Below are positions 36,074 through 47,612 of a stretch of 64,000 nucleotides of DNA, piece after piece. The number at the start of each line of letters is the position of its first letter. Positions within the stretch are counted from its first letter, which is position 1. The notes beneath the pieces are model-generated. The model made no database searches, was not told the DNA's origin, and saw only the letters and a list, made by a program, of their open reading frames with translations. The stretch comes from Fistulifera solaris (Eukaryota), in assembly GCA_030295235.1 (NCBI GenBank), contig AP026123.1, forward strand, positions 1,550,001-1,614,000, read 5' to 3'. Position numbers and translations under genes: made by a program.

Positions 36074-39000
36074 TCACATTTGCAAACCACGAACAATCTG
36101 AAGGATGCGGAGAAAATCACGATTGCGATGAATGTGCGTTCCCAAGTCGATCCGCTTGTTGATTGCACGAGTTAGTTCTTCGATAACTCGGGGTAAGTGC
36201 TGTCGAATCTCCCGGGCGGGTGGGTTCAGCGATAGCGCAATCTCTTGTAACCATAGTAGTGAAATTTCCATCTCTTTGTCATTGTTCGTCGCATTGATCA
36301 CTTGAGTCAAGTGCTGCATGATACAGAGCAAAATCAAAGCGGACAATTTTACTTTTTCACCACTAAAGACGGCTGTAATGTCAGCCTGTTGACAACATAG
36401 AAATGTGAATCGATAATCGGCAGCCGTGAGAGCCAAATTGAAAGCTTCCTCGTACTTCCGAGCAGCACAAAATTGAACAATTCCATTGCGTATCTCATCG
36501 GGTGACTTTTTTGGGCGGTGACGTGGTCGCAGGTGAACTTGCAGCTCGTTGCTGCGTTTCTACAGTTGTTCGTAGGCTTTGCATTTCCGTCGTCAATCGG
36601 GCTACGAGCTCGGTCATGCGAGTCATCTGAGCCGACATGGCGTCGATCTTGTTGTCTCCGTTATCTTTCAACGGAATCATGGACTGCTCAAGCTGATCAG
36701 ATACTTGTTTGAAAACGAGTCCCATTGTTGATTCCAAAGCGGGAAGAATAGCCGTCTTGACGGTGCTCTGGAATGCTGCTCGAAGGACAACATCTGCATT
36801 CTCCGCCACCGCTGATGATAGTTTGTTTGTCTCTTGAGCGCTCATTTCGCGTTTGGAAAGGTCAGAAATGGAAGCCATTATTGGACGAAGTACCACCTTG
36901 TTCACGGCGTCATTGACAGCCTTCTCTACGAGCGGGCCTAAAGATGCTTGGATTTCTTCCCTTACCAGACGTCTCAGATCATCCCCGTTACCAAGCTGTG
37001 TACTCATCGCGACGGTATCCCGGTTTTTGGGTGTTTTGCTACGACCGTCCGCTTTTGCCTTTCCCATTTCATCTCCTCGATTCGAGATCGTAGGAGTTGC
37101 CTCTCGTGTTGTTGTTGAAGTGAACAAGGCACTCAGGATTGAAGCGTTATCACTAGGCGCAAGCATGCTGTTTGCGGTGATAATTGCAGGGTCCTCTATT
37201 GGCGGTGGGATGTTTGTCGAAGTGATGATAGCTGGGTCGATTGGAGGTGGCATGTCCGCCGCAACAATGATAGCCGGGTCGATAGTCGGTGGTGGTGGCA
37301 GAGCGACGGGTGGTAGCTCGACAGCTTTGCTAGCACCTAAGGGCGGCAGCGATGACGGCTTTTCGGCCGCTAGACTTCCCAGCCAATTCGAAAAGGGGTT
37401 GGTTCCATTTGACGCTCCGCCGATAATTCCCGGAGGAGGGGGACGCGTAGAAGCATCAGGAGCTATATCAAATTCTGGTTCCTCATCGTCGTCGTCGTCG
37501 TCGTCTTCAACGTCGTACTCTTCGTCAAACCGTAATACTCCATCATCGGATCCAACATCCGACACATGAGCAGAATGCACATCCGTCCAAAGTCGCTCAA
37601 CTCGAACTCCATCCCAAGGGTCGACCCACTGGGAGGGCGGCGGAAGCAGCATAATACTTCTCAACGAAAGATCTTGAGCAGCTGAGCTCTGAAAAGCAAA
37701 AATTTGAATATCATAGTAGATAAGATTGCTTGACGACAGATCTTCGTCGTCATCCGTACTGATACTAGAAGCCTCCGTTCGTACCTGCCATGAGTACGTC
37801 GGAAACTTACACCGAAAGGGCACAACATAGTCACAGCCTTCCAGTACCAAGTGGTTTCCCTCCGACTGGCCTAGCTCACTGCTCCAGGTACCCTTCAAAT
37901 GCCAAGCAAAATTTTTCCGGCCGTGCGGTCGGCCATGACAACCATCGTCGAAGGTGGCGCTTTGGAAGGAACACCAGTCGGTGTGAGAGGCGGAGGTAGA
38001 ATATAGCAAGCATCAACCAAGTAAGAGAGGGATGGATTCTCAAGACCAAATACCTGTAGCCGAGACGGCTGTTTTCCGTCGGTTGTGAACGGAGACCATA
38101 AGGTGATGGTCGAGTTTTGCGCACTAGCCGTCAAGAAGCAGCGGGTCAATCCCGTCGCCCCAGAAGAGTCGCGGGAGTGCGTGTGAGGCAAAAATAGACA
38201 TCTGGAAACAGAGCCATCCTCTTGAACACGTCCCAATGCCGTTGCACTCGCATGAGGGTCACCTTGCATGGCCTCTGGTTTCTTCCAGTCGTACAAAACA
38301 ACGCTCCCTCCGTCATACGCCGCCAGCATGTGTCGTTCCGCAGTCCGAGACCACGCGAGGTCTGTCAAATTACCCCTGCTCCTTTGATTTGAACTGCGCC
38401 TTCTTTGATGCAAAATTCAGAGGCAAAGGTGCATACATAATGACCTGCCTCTGACCTGACCGAATTGATCGATTGCGTGCTAACATGGGTAGCAACGACC
38501 GTGTTATCTTGGTTTGTATGAATGACACACAGTTGCTAAATAGCAAGTAAAACGCGTTAGCGAAGATATCTTGACTGAAACTTAGCAAGGCATGACTTGC
38601 AGACTTACATTCATATCAAATGGATGCCAAACGATTCGCAACATAGCAAAATGTTCTGTTTTGAACTCAAGTAGAATCTGATAATTGATGATAGGTCCCT
38701 GTTGCGATAAACGACTGACAATGAGCGAAGATTGCTGACATTCTAAGGTAGGACCTCCGACACTGGCAAGCATATCATCTTGATTGAAAAACTGAACATC
38801 CGTAATGCGCTGTTTCGCGTGCTCTCGAATCAGTCCTCTCGCGCCAGATTTCTGGCGATCCATGATACGTAACATTCCCGTCTTGACAACATACACAACG
38901 AACTTTCGATTGGTCTGCAACAACGAACCGTTGATCACGTCATCGAACCTTCGGGCCTCAAAGGACGAGACGATATCGGCTTCGGCTTCTTGCGCATCGC

Positions 39001-39082
39001 ACTCCTCGTCATTGAACCATACGCGGACAGGGCTGCCGGCGGAGGATAGCGGCAATGGTGTTGTTCCAGCAAGTGACTCCAT
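36074..39082 (-). CDS. EDC4: Enhancer of mRNA decapping 4 (Ge-1/VARICOSE)-like; introns and frameshifts
   Basis: N-terminal WD40 (FVVYVVKTGMLR..RGLIREH..RITDVQFF..RIVWHPF), Pro-rich linker, helical LRAAFQSTVKTAILPALE..VFKQV region, and C-terminal LSALILLCIMQHL..LWLQEIALSLNP. Confidence 0.8.
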
Positions 39083-39667
39083 CCTTTTCTCAGTTATTTT
39101 AAAATACTAGATGCAAACAATGATATCCTTTCATGTCGATTTTAGTTTCAGAAGAGGGCGACTTTCGCGACACTCACCGTTTGAGAACACAGGCCATCAC
39201 CGGATGGACAGAAGGACGAAGCGCTAGGTATGAAACGAGCTCAGCGCTTTGCATAGCTAAGTAATGAAGATAATTATTAGTCTTCCTCTTAATGATTCAC
39301 TATGAAACTTTATTTGTTGAGAGATGCTAAATGATGATTGTCGAAACATGCGATTCGGACTGTAATTGGCATTTATGCAACGCCATTTTCCCGTGAGCCG
39401 TGAGCCGTGAGGGGACACAATAGTTGTCGTCTTTTGTTAAGCTTTGGCTATATATGATTGCTAAGAAAGCATTCAATTTGCTATGCGCACACTCAAATAC
39501 GCTGCGTGACTTTTGTGACGAAGCAAACACAGCAGTGTCAAGTCGAGTGGCGAATAACAAACGTGGAGTACTGTAGTTCACAAACCGCATGGGGACAAGC
39601 GAATCAATTAAGCCATCAACAAAAACAAAATATAAGACATGAACCAATTCATAATGTTCCTATAAAG

Positions 39668-40321
39668 TTAATCCTGGCCAGCCAAGTAAAGGGCGCTCTC
39701 TTCCAGAGGTCCACGGCGGTTGTGTACCTTGACAATGTTTCCGTCCGCCGACAACTCTCCCGAACGGCGCATTCGTACGTAGTCTTCACGAGGATAAGCA
39801 GTGAATCCCCACTTAAGACTCTTTAGAATCTTCTGGCGACCAGCAAACTTAAACTTTCCTCGGCGGATGGCCTCAATCACATGTGGAGCGTGATTGTCCT
39901 TGGATCGTACCGAAATCAAGATTTGTCCGATATCGACACGGGCAGCAACACCAATGGGCTTTCCGTAACTGTGACGCATACCGGACGACAAGCGATCGGC
40001 ACCGGCACAACTCAACATCTTGTTGGCACGGAGAACATGGAAGGGGTGAGCACGGATACGAATGTGGTAGTTATCCTTTCCAATGTGCTTCGTCAAGTGC
40101 TTGTTGATGGCAACACGGGCGGCTTCCAAAGCCTCACTACTAATCTGCTGCTTTTCGTCGCAAACCAAGTGAGCTACGAAAGGGAACTGATCTACCGGAG
40201 CCTTCTTGGCACCCGTATCGAAAATACGGATCTTCGAATCGGGCACACCTCGGCAAAAGCGCGACTTAATGTACGGCTTGTTCTTTTGGTAGCGGTAGCA
40301 ACGAGCAGGACGACGACCCAT
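39668..40321 (-). CDS. RPL10: 60S ribosomal protein L10 (uL16)
   Basis: Intact [31 protein letters not shown]...[17 protein letters not shown]. Confidence 0.99.
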   Translation of the reverse strand: MGRRPARCYRYQKNKPYIKSRFCRGVPDSKIRIFDTGAKKAPVDQFPFVAHLVCDEKQQISSEALEAARVAINKHLTKHIGKDNYHIRIRAHPFHVLRANKMLSCAGADRLSSGMRHSYGKPIGVAARVDIGQILISVRSKDNHAPHVIEAIRRGKFKFAGRQKILKSLKWGFTAYPREDYVRMRRSGELSADGNIVKVHNRRGPLEESALYLAGQD

Positions 40322-40670
40322 GGTTGAAGCGACGAATCAAGAATATAAAGAATAATAAAAGCTCGTCAATCGTAGGACTCGTTTCCCAGACACAGAGCAA
40401 CTGACCTCGGATCAACTTCGACGACGAGAGAAAGTCCCACAAAACCGACGTAGGCCCTGGTACAATTTTGACGTCGGAGGAACAAGTACATCGGTAAAAG
40501 GTAAAGGGACGACGATCAGACGGAGATGACATCATCATGCATGCATAAACACTAACGCTAAAAGCTACACTCTTTTCTACGTAGTACATTTCAGTAAATT
40601 TACTCCGAGTAATTGCTAAACAACATACACAGGAGCATTAGATAATATCGAATTTTTATTTGCATGAATA

Positions 40671-41891
40671 TCATGGGTGAAGACGCGGTGATCGCCTGGC
40701 AGCATCGTCTTCCGAGTTGATCTCGCGGCGTCCCATGCACCCTACTTCCATTTTTCCGAGGATCCTATACTCTATAGCCACTCCTTTTATAGTCTTGCAG
40801 CAAACACCACCGTCCTTGGTCAGAGCAACATCTCCTTTGTTTGAAAGACGGAGTTGTGAACGTTCGGGGTCTTTCTGTCGAGCGCGCTCGACATCTTTCG
40901 CCGCGCTTTCAATCCTCTTTCGTAACGACCACTGCTCTTTCAGTCTCTTTACGTGCTCTATACTGAAGAGACGAGTATCATTATCAATCTGTTGTCGCAA
41001 TGCCTCATACTGCATAACAAGGTCATGGTAATGTTTTGCCAAAAGATCCTTTACTGCGTGCGAGTGCGGACTAGTGGAAAAGTATCCACAGGTGCCATAA
41101 ATTCGTCCAGCAGGGACAACGACGTCGCTCTTGTGATCTTTGAAGGTAAGATCCTCATCTAGAGTGATGTAAAATCGTAGGATATCGGTCCCGGCTGGGC
41201 CTTGTCCTCTGGCAACTTGAAAAATTCCGGTAGCATCGACCGGAAGAGCTTGTCGGCCAACGCTGTGCGATCCGACTCCAGATGGAAACACAAAGCCGTC
41301 AACAACCTTACAAACTTTGGTAGGTGCTGAAGAGGTCATAAAGAATTCATCCGATGTAGCCGTAAATTCCGGTGTAAAGTCCAAAACAACTTGAAATCGT
41401 AGTCGATCTCCTGACGCTCCCCACTCGGGGGGCATCCATGTTCCTTTCTCACGTCCGATGTTGAACGCTATTTTCCAGCGGGTATCTTCAAGAAGATCTA
41501 AAGGAGCGTGAATGACAGATTCAAGTTCTTTCTTTTGCTCTTCTAGAATGGGTAAGGTTTGTTTCTCCACCGGTTCCTCGAAGAAGGCATGTGATTGGAC
41601 CGTCGGAGGCGGAGTCAATTTCAAAGTTTTGGACGGAAGCTCCGACCGTCCCTTTGTTTCGCTCTGCTTATGCTGCATCTCCTCCATCTGATGCTCCAGA
41701 GCTTCGAGTCGCTTCAAGGCTTCCTTTCTCATTGCCTCAATATCTTCTCGCATCTGGTCTGTTTGGGGAGATTCTTTCAAGCTCGCTGGCAGGGTCAATG
41801 TGGTTCGTCGCTGTGGTAGCGACGAAGGTAGCCATGCGGACGAGAAGAAAGGGATTACGGCAAATAGGTTAGTGAGTAACAAGATCTTCAT
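40671..41891 (-). CDS. Hypothetical plastid-targeted protein
   Basis: Intact 406-aa ORF with a signal peptide ending SSA-W-LP, a Ser/Thr/Arg-rich transit region and a conserved-looking WKIAFNIGREKGTWMPPEWGASGDRL block. Confidence 0.75.
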   Translation of the reverse strand: MKILLLTNLFAVIPFFSSAWLPSSLPQRRTTLTLPASLKESPQTDQMREDIEAMRKEALKRLEALEHQMEEMQHKQSETKGRSELPSKTLKLTPPPTVQSHAFFEEPVEKQTLPILEEQKKELESVIHAPLDLLEDTRWKIAFNIGREKGTWMPPEWGASGDRLRFQVVLDFTPEFTATSDEFFMTSSAPTKVCKVVDGFVFPSGVGSHSVGRQALPVDATGIFQVARGQGPAGTDILRFYITLDEDLTFKDHKSDVVVPAGRIYGTCGYFSTSPHSHAVKDLLAKHYHDLVMQYEALRQQIDNDTRLFSIEHVKRLKEQWSLRKRIESAAKDVERARQKDPERSQLRLSNKGDVALTKDGGVCCKTIKGVAIEYRILGKMEVGCMGRREINSEDDAARRSPRLHP

Positions 41892-42318
41892 GTTGGCTGT
41901 TGTTTATTTTTATATGAATGTTTTGGTTTGACAATTTGATGGATCGTTGCTCGTCGTTTGCCGTGCAAAAGGCTGGCTTCTTTGTGTTCTTCGAGTGCAC
42001 TTTCCTCGTTTTCACGGTTTCATGGGTTTGCCAAGGTTTGCGATTGCGATTTGCGATCCTGACTTCAGTGAAATCCAACCAATCAGCAGTCAGCATTTTG
42101 ATCGGCTGACCAATCAAAATGGAGCAATACGGTTTACGGAGTATGTGGCAAGGCGAAGTACATTCTCGTACAGTCGTTTAAGTCACACTACGATGAAGTG
42201 TAAGAACGCTACGACCATGGAATGTCAAACCTGTACTCTAATGCGGTTCCGTAATGGGAAGGGGATGTGTGCAATGACTCCTCCGTAGTTTTGCAGATTT
42301 CTTTTGTTCTCTTCCGAC

Positions 42319-42632
42319 TAGACATGTGACTTTTCAAAATTTTCGTGAAAGTCAAGTGAAAGTAAAGTCAGTGGCCTTCAAGTGAAGTTTGCAGTGAACA
42401 GTGAACTAAGCAGTAATGAATTACTATCGTGTTTTGTGTAAGAAACGGTGTCGCACTGAGCTTATGAAAGTTAGCCCTTTCCCTCTCATCCCTAATCTAC
42501 GCAGTCCTACGTACATTTACGTAGGTTGGGTACTTCAAGTGAACTCACCGAAGTCTCAAGTAAAGTGAAAGTAAAGTAAACTTCAGGTGCTCAAGTGAAG
42601 TTGCAAGTTACAGTGAAAAAGCCACATGTCTA
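42319..42632. mobile_element. 314-bp MITE, hAT-superfamily-like
   Basis: Left TIR TAGACATGTGACTTTTCA and right TIR TGAAAAAGCCACATGTCTA. Identical 8-bp direct repeats CTTCCGAC at 42311-42318 and 42633-42640. Subterminal AAGTGAA repeats, no ORF. Confidence 0.9.
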
Positions 42633-43189
42633 CTTCCGACATTAGGTTTTACGCCTCTTCAGCTACGAAGAGGGAAGAACAAACATTTGCAATTGTTTCA
42701 ATGAAAAGCAGCCTGAAATCTTGTGTTGACGATTATTATTTTGGGCACTCCAGTCATGTATCAGGATATTTCCGAGCTAGACTGCTACCTTAACGTTCAT
42801 TTTGTTAGCTCGATATGCTTGATTTGTCGTAAACTTAATAGCATTACCTTTAGCTTTATTTGCAATGCATGTATCGATTCATTTTGTCGAAAAGCCTTAC
42901 AATCACCGATTTACTATAGACAAAGTGTTGTAACACGAAAAATCGAGTTGCACGGTGTGTAAATAATTTTTGAGCGTGATTTTCTGCGAGTGCGTAGGCC
43001 GATGCCGATGTAGAAAAAGTACGAGAGGACTGTCCGTTTGTACGAGAATTCTTAGCAGCTATTTTGGCCACGGCCAGACGGGGTCGAGTGAGTAGCCTCC
43101 TTACTCTTACAGTACCTCTTACCTCTTAAGGTTTACTGTTATTGCTCTTTCCTTGCTCTTTGACTATAGACCCAAATTGTGATTTCAAC

Positions 43190-43445
43190 TTTATCAAGAC
43201 TAAATTTCAGTCATGAATAAATATTCTTCCGAGCCACACTGCTAGACTAATTTATTTGTTTGCTTTCGTTCTGCTATTTTCGTAATCACCACTATCTCTA
43301 ACAAGATGCAATTACATCCAACAACATTTGCAATGCGCGCCCCGATTCGTTACGTCGAAAGTAGTTGCCGATCCGATCTCGTCACTTTTTACTGTAGACC
43401 TCAGATGTAGGCGGATTCAGACCACGACTGAATTTCATTCATGGA
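43190..43445 (+). repeat. Dispersed ~220-bp intergenic element copy
   Basis: Motif A GACTAAATTTCAGTCATGAA at 43198, motif B TTACGTCGAAA at 43350, then tttactgtag..tgtagg..cacGACTGAATTTCATTCATG at ~43426. Confidence 0.75.
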
Positions 43446-44222
43446 TCTATTTCAATTTAAGTCGGGCTTCGATCTTCCTAAAAGTCTTTAGGCTCTTCGC
43501 TGTGGAGCGATCAGCGATGTAACTTTTGACTGTACCACACACAAAACAACCATCGTTAACACGCTCACAGAGACCAGACACGCATTACGCGAACTTAATC
43601 CGTAATCTTACCAACCACGTGACGTGGACGTGGACTACTATGCTTTTTTTGTCGCGGAGAGGCTTTCCGCTTTCCGCTTTCCCTTGTCTTTGTTCATGAT
43701 TGCTGTACAATGACCAGTCCCAGGTCCCAGTCCCAGGCTTAAGAAAGCCTCGACCTGGAAACCGGAACTGAACCTAGAGACCCTAGGGACCCTCTCTAGA
43801 GAAGCTCAAGGCTCAAGGCCAGCTCGCAGATCGCACAGGATCGCAGACACGCAGACCACCGAACTTTATGTTTGGTCTTGCAAGGGGCTTGGATCTTGGA
43901 CCTTGAACCGTTATTCTTCGGTTCTTCATGGGTGCAAGTGCAATTAGCAATGAAGCAATGAAAGGTGTACGATGTACCACGGTGTTTTTCCTTAGTTTCC
44001 TTGGTTCTTTTCTCTGTTCTCTTGTTCTCCTCCGTTGTCAACTGTCAAGTGTCAATTCCTCACGCAAAAGCCGAAACGATAAACATCTGTCTAACATCTC
44101 CGATCTCCGCGATGATCGATGATGGTTGATGGTAAATGGTAAATGGTCACACTTATACCTTATACGTACACGTCACATGGTGCATGCATGGTAGATGCTA
44201 GAGCGTTTAGACGTTGGACATC

Positions 44223-44303
44223 TGGAAAGGACGTTAAAATTCTGCCTCTCGGTACAAGTTTCTACGTAGCCTACGGTGAGGCAGAATTTTAACGTCGTTT
44301 CCA
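44223..44303. other. Long inverted repeat (26-bp arms, one mismatch, ~29-nt loop)
   Basis: TGGAAAgGACGTTAAAATTCTGCCTC ... GAGGCAGAATTTTAACGTCgTTTCCA. Confidence 0.9.
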
Positions 44304-44908
44304 TGAAAATGATGATTCACGCATTATTTACTTGTTATCCCTGGTACTGTACTTGTTACGAAGTGTTCTCTTCACACTACTTCATACTTCACCCTTCACC
44401 CTTCACACCTTTCATTTTCACCTCTCTTGTTGACATCACACTGTGATGTCAACATCACACACATAGTTTACTGTTTACTCTTACTTCTTTAATCTTTACT
44501 CCCGAGAGTCGCGAGTCGAGAGTCGAGAGTATAACCGTGAAGCGTGAAGCCGTGAAGGTTTTTTCATCAATTATGCATTATGCATCAAACACAGATCCTG
44601 ATCACCGCCGGCGCCGGCCGCCGGCAGTACTACTTCGGCTGTAGGGAACACGGAAGAATAATAATAGACAAAGAAAGTACAACCAAGTAGTGTAATTTTC
44701 CTCCTCTGTGTCAGATGTCAGTTGTCAGTTGTCAGTTGTCAGTTGTCAGGGTACCACGTACGTAGTACAGTAGGCGCTTTTGGCTTTCCGCTTTCCGGAT
44801 CTGTGTCCGAGAAAAGCATTCGTCTTCCGCAGTTTCGTCATCATTCATCATTCCTTCATCATAAAAAAATCTCGTCTTTTTTACCGCACGCAAACGAAGG
44901 ACAGCGCC

Positions 44909-47142
44909 ATGGGACGAATTACTCTTTTCACTTCGCCCGACACATACTCGGTCTTCGTCAAGAAGGAACTTGACAAGCGAGGACTGCCGTTTCAAGAAAT
45001 CAATCTCGCAGCTTACCCCTCGCGGCGCATCGACCTTGAATCTCTCACCTCCAGCTCTGCCGTACCTCAAGTCTTCTTCAATACGAGGCACGTCGGTGGA
45101 ATCAACGAAACTTTGGAGGAACTGAAGAAATGGGACAAATGTACTCGTTATGGCTCGCTTTTGGAGCGTTACGAGGCCCAAATTGGCAAGATGCCCGACC
45201 CCAAGGACAAGCGACTTTCCCTACCAGCAGAGAACGATACTCGGAGAAATAGTTTTACTTCCGATCTTTACCTAAGAGAACGAGCTGTATTGGAGCTACC
45301 AGATGGAACGCTGACAACTGTTCTAGATATCACGGAAAAACTTCAAGATGCTTTGCCAAGAGGCGAACACCGGTACAAGGACACTCTCTACCTCAATGCT
45401 TTTACAGGTAAAGAAGCAGTTGATGCGTTTCAAAACACCTAAACCTTTCCAGGAAAGGTGCGGTTGCTTTGGGCCGAGGATTGCAGAATGCAAACGTTCT
45501 GCATCATGTCTACCCAAGCATCAGTAACAAGTATGATTTTCAAGACTCCGCCGATGAAATCTTCCGCCTTCAATGCTTTAAGAGTCCCGACGTGCTTAAC
45601 TCGTACCGCATCTGGGATGAGCCCGTCCTACACGATGACTTCAAGCTTGTATCAGACATGGATCGGATGCTTACCGTCATGGAATTGAGCAGCATGGACA
45701 ACGAAGGGAAATTTGATTATTTGGCCTTGGCTGAATCTGACTTCCTTCCGGCCTTTGGAAGAAGCGACGTGCCAGCTCCAAAAAATCGAAATCAAGGACA
45801 TGGAAGAAGCCGAAAAGAAGGCCTTTTGTATCAATGTATACAGATTGATGATGCGTTATGCTTTCGTTAAAGTTGGGTCATTTACAAGCGCCGCCGACAA
45901 AAGTCCTTTCTCCGACAGGTTAAATTCAATATCGGGGGTCGTCTTTATTCACTTCAAGAATGGGTTGACGGAATCCTTCGATGCAACCGCAAGTCGTCGG
46001 CAATGTCGAGAGCTCCCTTCGGCAGATTAGATTCACGGAGACGAAAGTACCCCTTGTCCGATTTAGATAACCGAATTCATTTTGCCTTGAACGTTGGTCC
46101 AGCTTTCGCGTCCACTGGCAGCCTACCATTCTCGCAGTTCACGCCTACCAACGTCGACGAAGAGCTCGATATTGCTGCGCGCATCTTCTGCGATGATGAT
46201 TCCAATGTATCGATCTCCGTAGAAACAGGAAAGGTCCGCCTCGGGCATGTTTTTTCTAGGTATCGCAGCGACTTCGCCAAGTCTGACAAAGGATTGTTGG
46301 AAAGTATATCGGCGAACCTCACCGGCTACAAGGCGTTGAATATGAGAAAGGTTATGTCGTCGCGGTCCGGAAAGGTTGTATTTGACGATATGAAGCTCGG
46401 CAACAGTGCGGCTAACTCTCCTGTCTACGACGCACATGCAGCTAAGACAGAATTCAAGGGTCTCATTGCTCGTGTCACGCATCGATTCCAAGCGCCCAAA
46501 AACCCGGAGAACGAGCGAAGTCGTATGATCACACTTCGTGAGTTGAATCTTCTTGACACACTTCCGGATGAGCGCTTCGACCGTATCACTCGAAAGGTAC
46601 AAGAAGAATTTGAAGCACCGGTCGTTCTAGTGTCTCTCATGGATGACGAGCGCAACTGGATGAAATCGTCTCAATGGGTATTCCCCGGTGAATGCCCGAA
46701 AGAATCACCTCGAGAAATTTCTTTTTGTGGACATGCCATCAGTACGTGCACTGACGATATCTTTATGATCCCTAACACGTTAGAAGATGACCGCTTTGCT
46801 GATAATCCCTTGGTGACTGGACCACTCGGTGTTCGATTCTATGCGGGCTTCCCAATTCGAGTTCCCTCTTTTGACGGATCTGAGCCGGTGACCTTGGGGA
46901 CACTCTGTATCTTTGATGTGAAGCCTCGCGATCTGTCGGACACACAGGTTGACAAGCTTCGCGAATACGGATCACTCGTCCGCAAAGAGATTGTTCGACA
47001 GGGTCGCCCGGGTACCTATGTAAAGAAAGCCGGTAATTCGGCACATCATGGCCTGCAATCGGTGACAACGTCGCGCTCGGGTGTATTGTCGAATCGCATC
47101 AAACCAACGCTCCGGTCTTTTGTTTTTTGTTTAGCCTTTTGA
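44909..47142 (+). CDS. Glutaredoxin-like + DEP + DUF547 + GAF multidomain protein; frameshifts at ~45450, ~45755 and ~45905
   Basis: GRX fold (GLPFQEINL..SAVPQVFFNTRHVGG), DEP (YLNAFTGKEAVD..GRGLQNANVLHHV..FQDSADEIFRL), DUF547 (KKAFCINVY..RIHFALN..FSRYRSDF) and GAF (LDTLPDERFDRIT..SFCGHAI..DDRFADNPLVTG..RFYAGFPI). Confidence 0.8.
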
Positions 47143-47277
47143 ACTTTTACGCGACTGTGAGGGCACCTGTGACTCTCGGTGTCATTCTGATTAGTTTTTA
47201 AAAAAAAATAAAAAAAATTAGTTGCTGTTTTATCCTTTCCACAACTCCACAACTCTTCGATTACTCTCCTTTTACAG

Positions 47278-47493
47278 TGGTCCAGAGAATCTGGCTGGGC
47301 CTGCAGTATTATCAAGTTTCCAGGAAATCTGGGTGAGTGGTATTTACTAAGTCCAGCCTGCTGTAATTTCACGTTTCCAGTAAATCTGGGAGTGTGATAT
47401 TTACAGTGGTCCAGAAAATCTGGACCTGCAATATTTTCACGTTCCCAGGAAATCTGGGGGCTTGGTATTTACACTGGTCCAGACAATCTGGAC
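47278..47493 (+). repeat. Short array of ~33-34 bp monomers with CCAGAAAATCTGG core
   Basis: Cores at ~47282, 47320, 47378, 47411, 47445 and 47479. Segment 47398-47493 closely matches the reverse complement of ~19350-19449. Confidence 0.85.
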
Positions 47494-47612
47494 GACGACT
47501 TACTTGCGACGATCGATAATAAAACCAGATGCACACTCACTCAATATAACACCCACACAAACGACTTCTTCATCTTATTACAATCCGAGAACGTCTCAAC
47601 AATTCGTAAAAC

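Noticed and set aside
36853..37569. 238-aa plus-strand ORF, and similar antisense ORFs such as 25621-26307 and 39881-40327
   Set aside because: Antisense shadows of real minus-strand genes (EDC4, paralog B, RPL10).
42040..42120. Paired CCAAT boxes with a small gtcagc/gctgac inverted repeat
   Set aside because: Plausible ordinary promoter elements, but too short to support a call.
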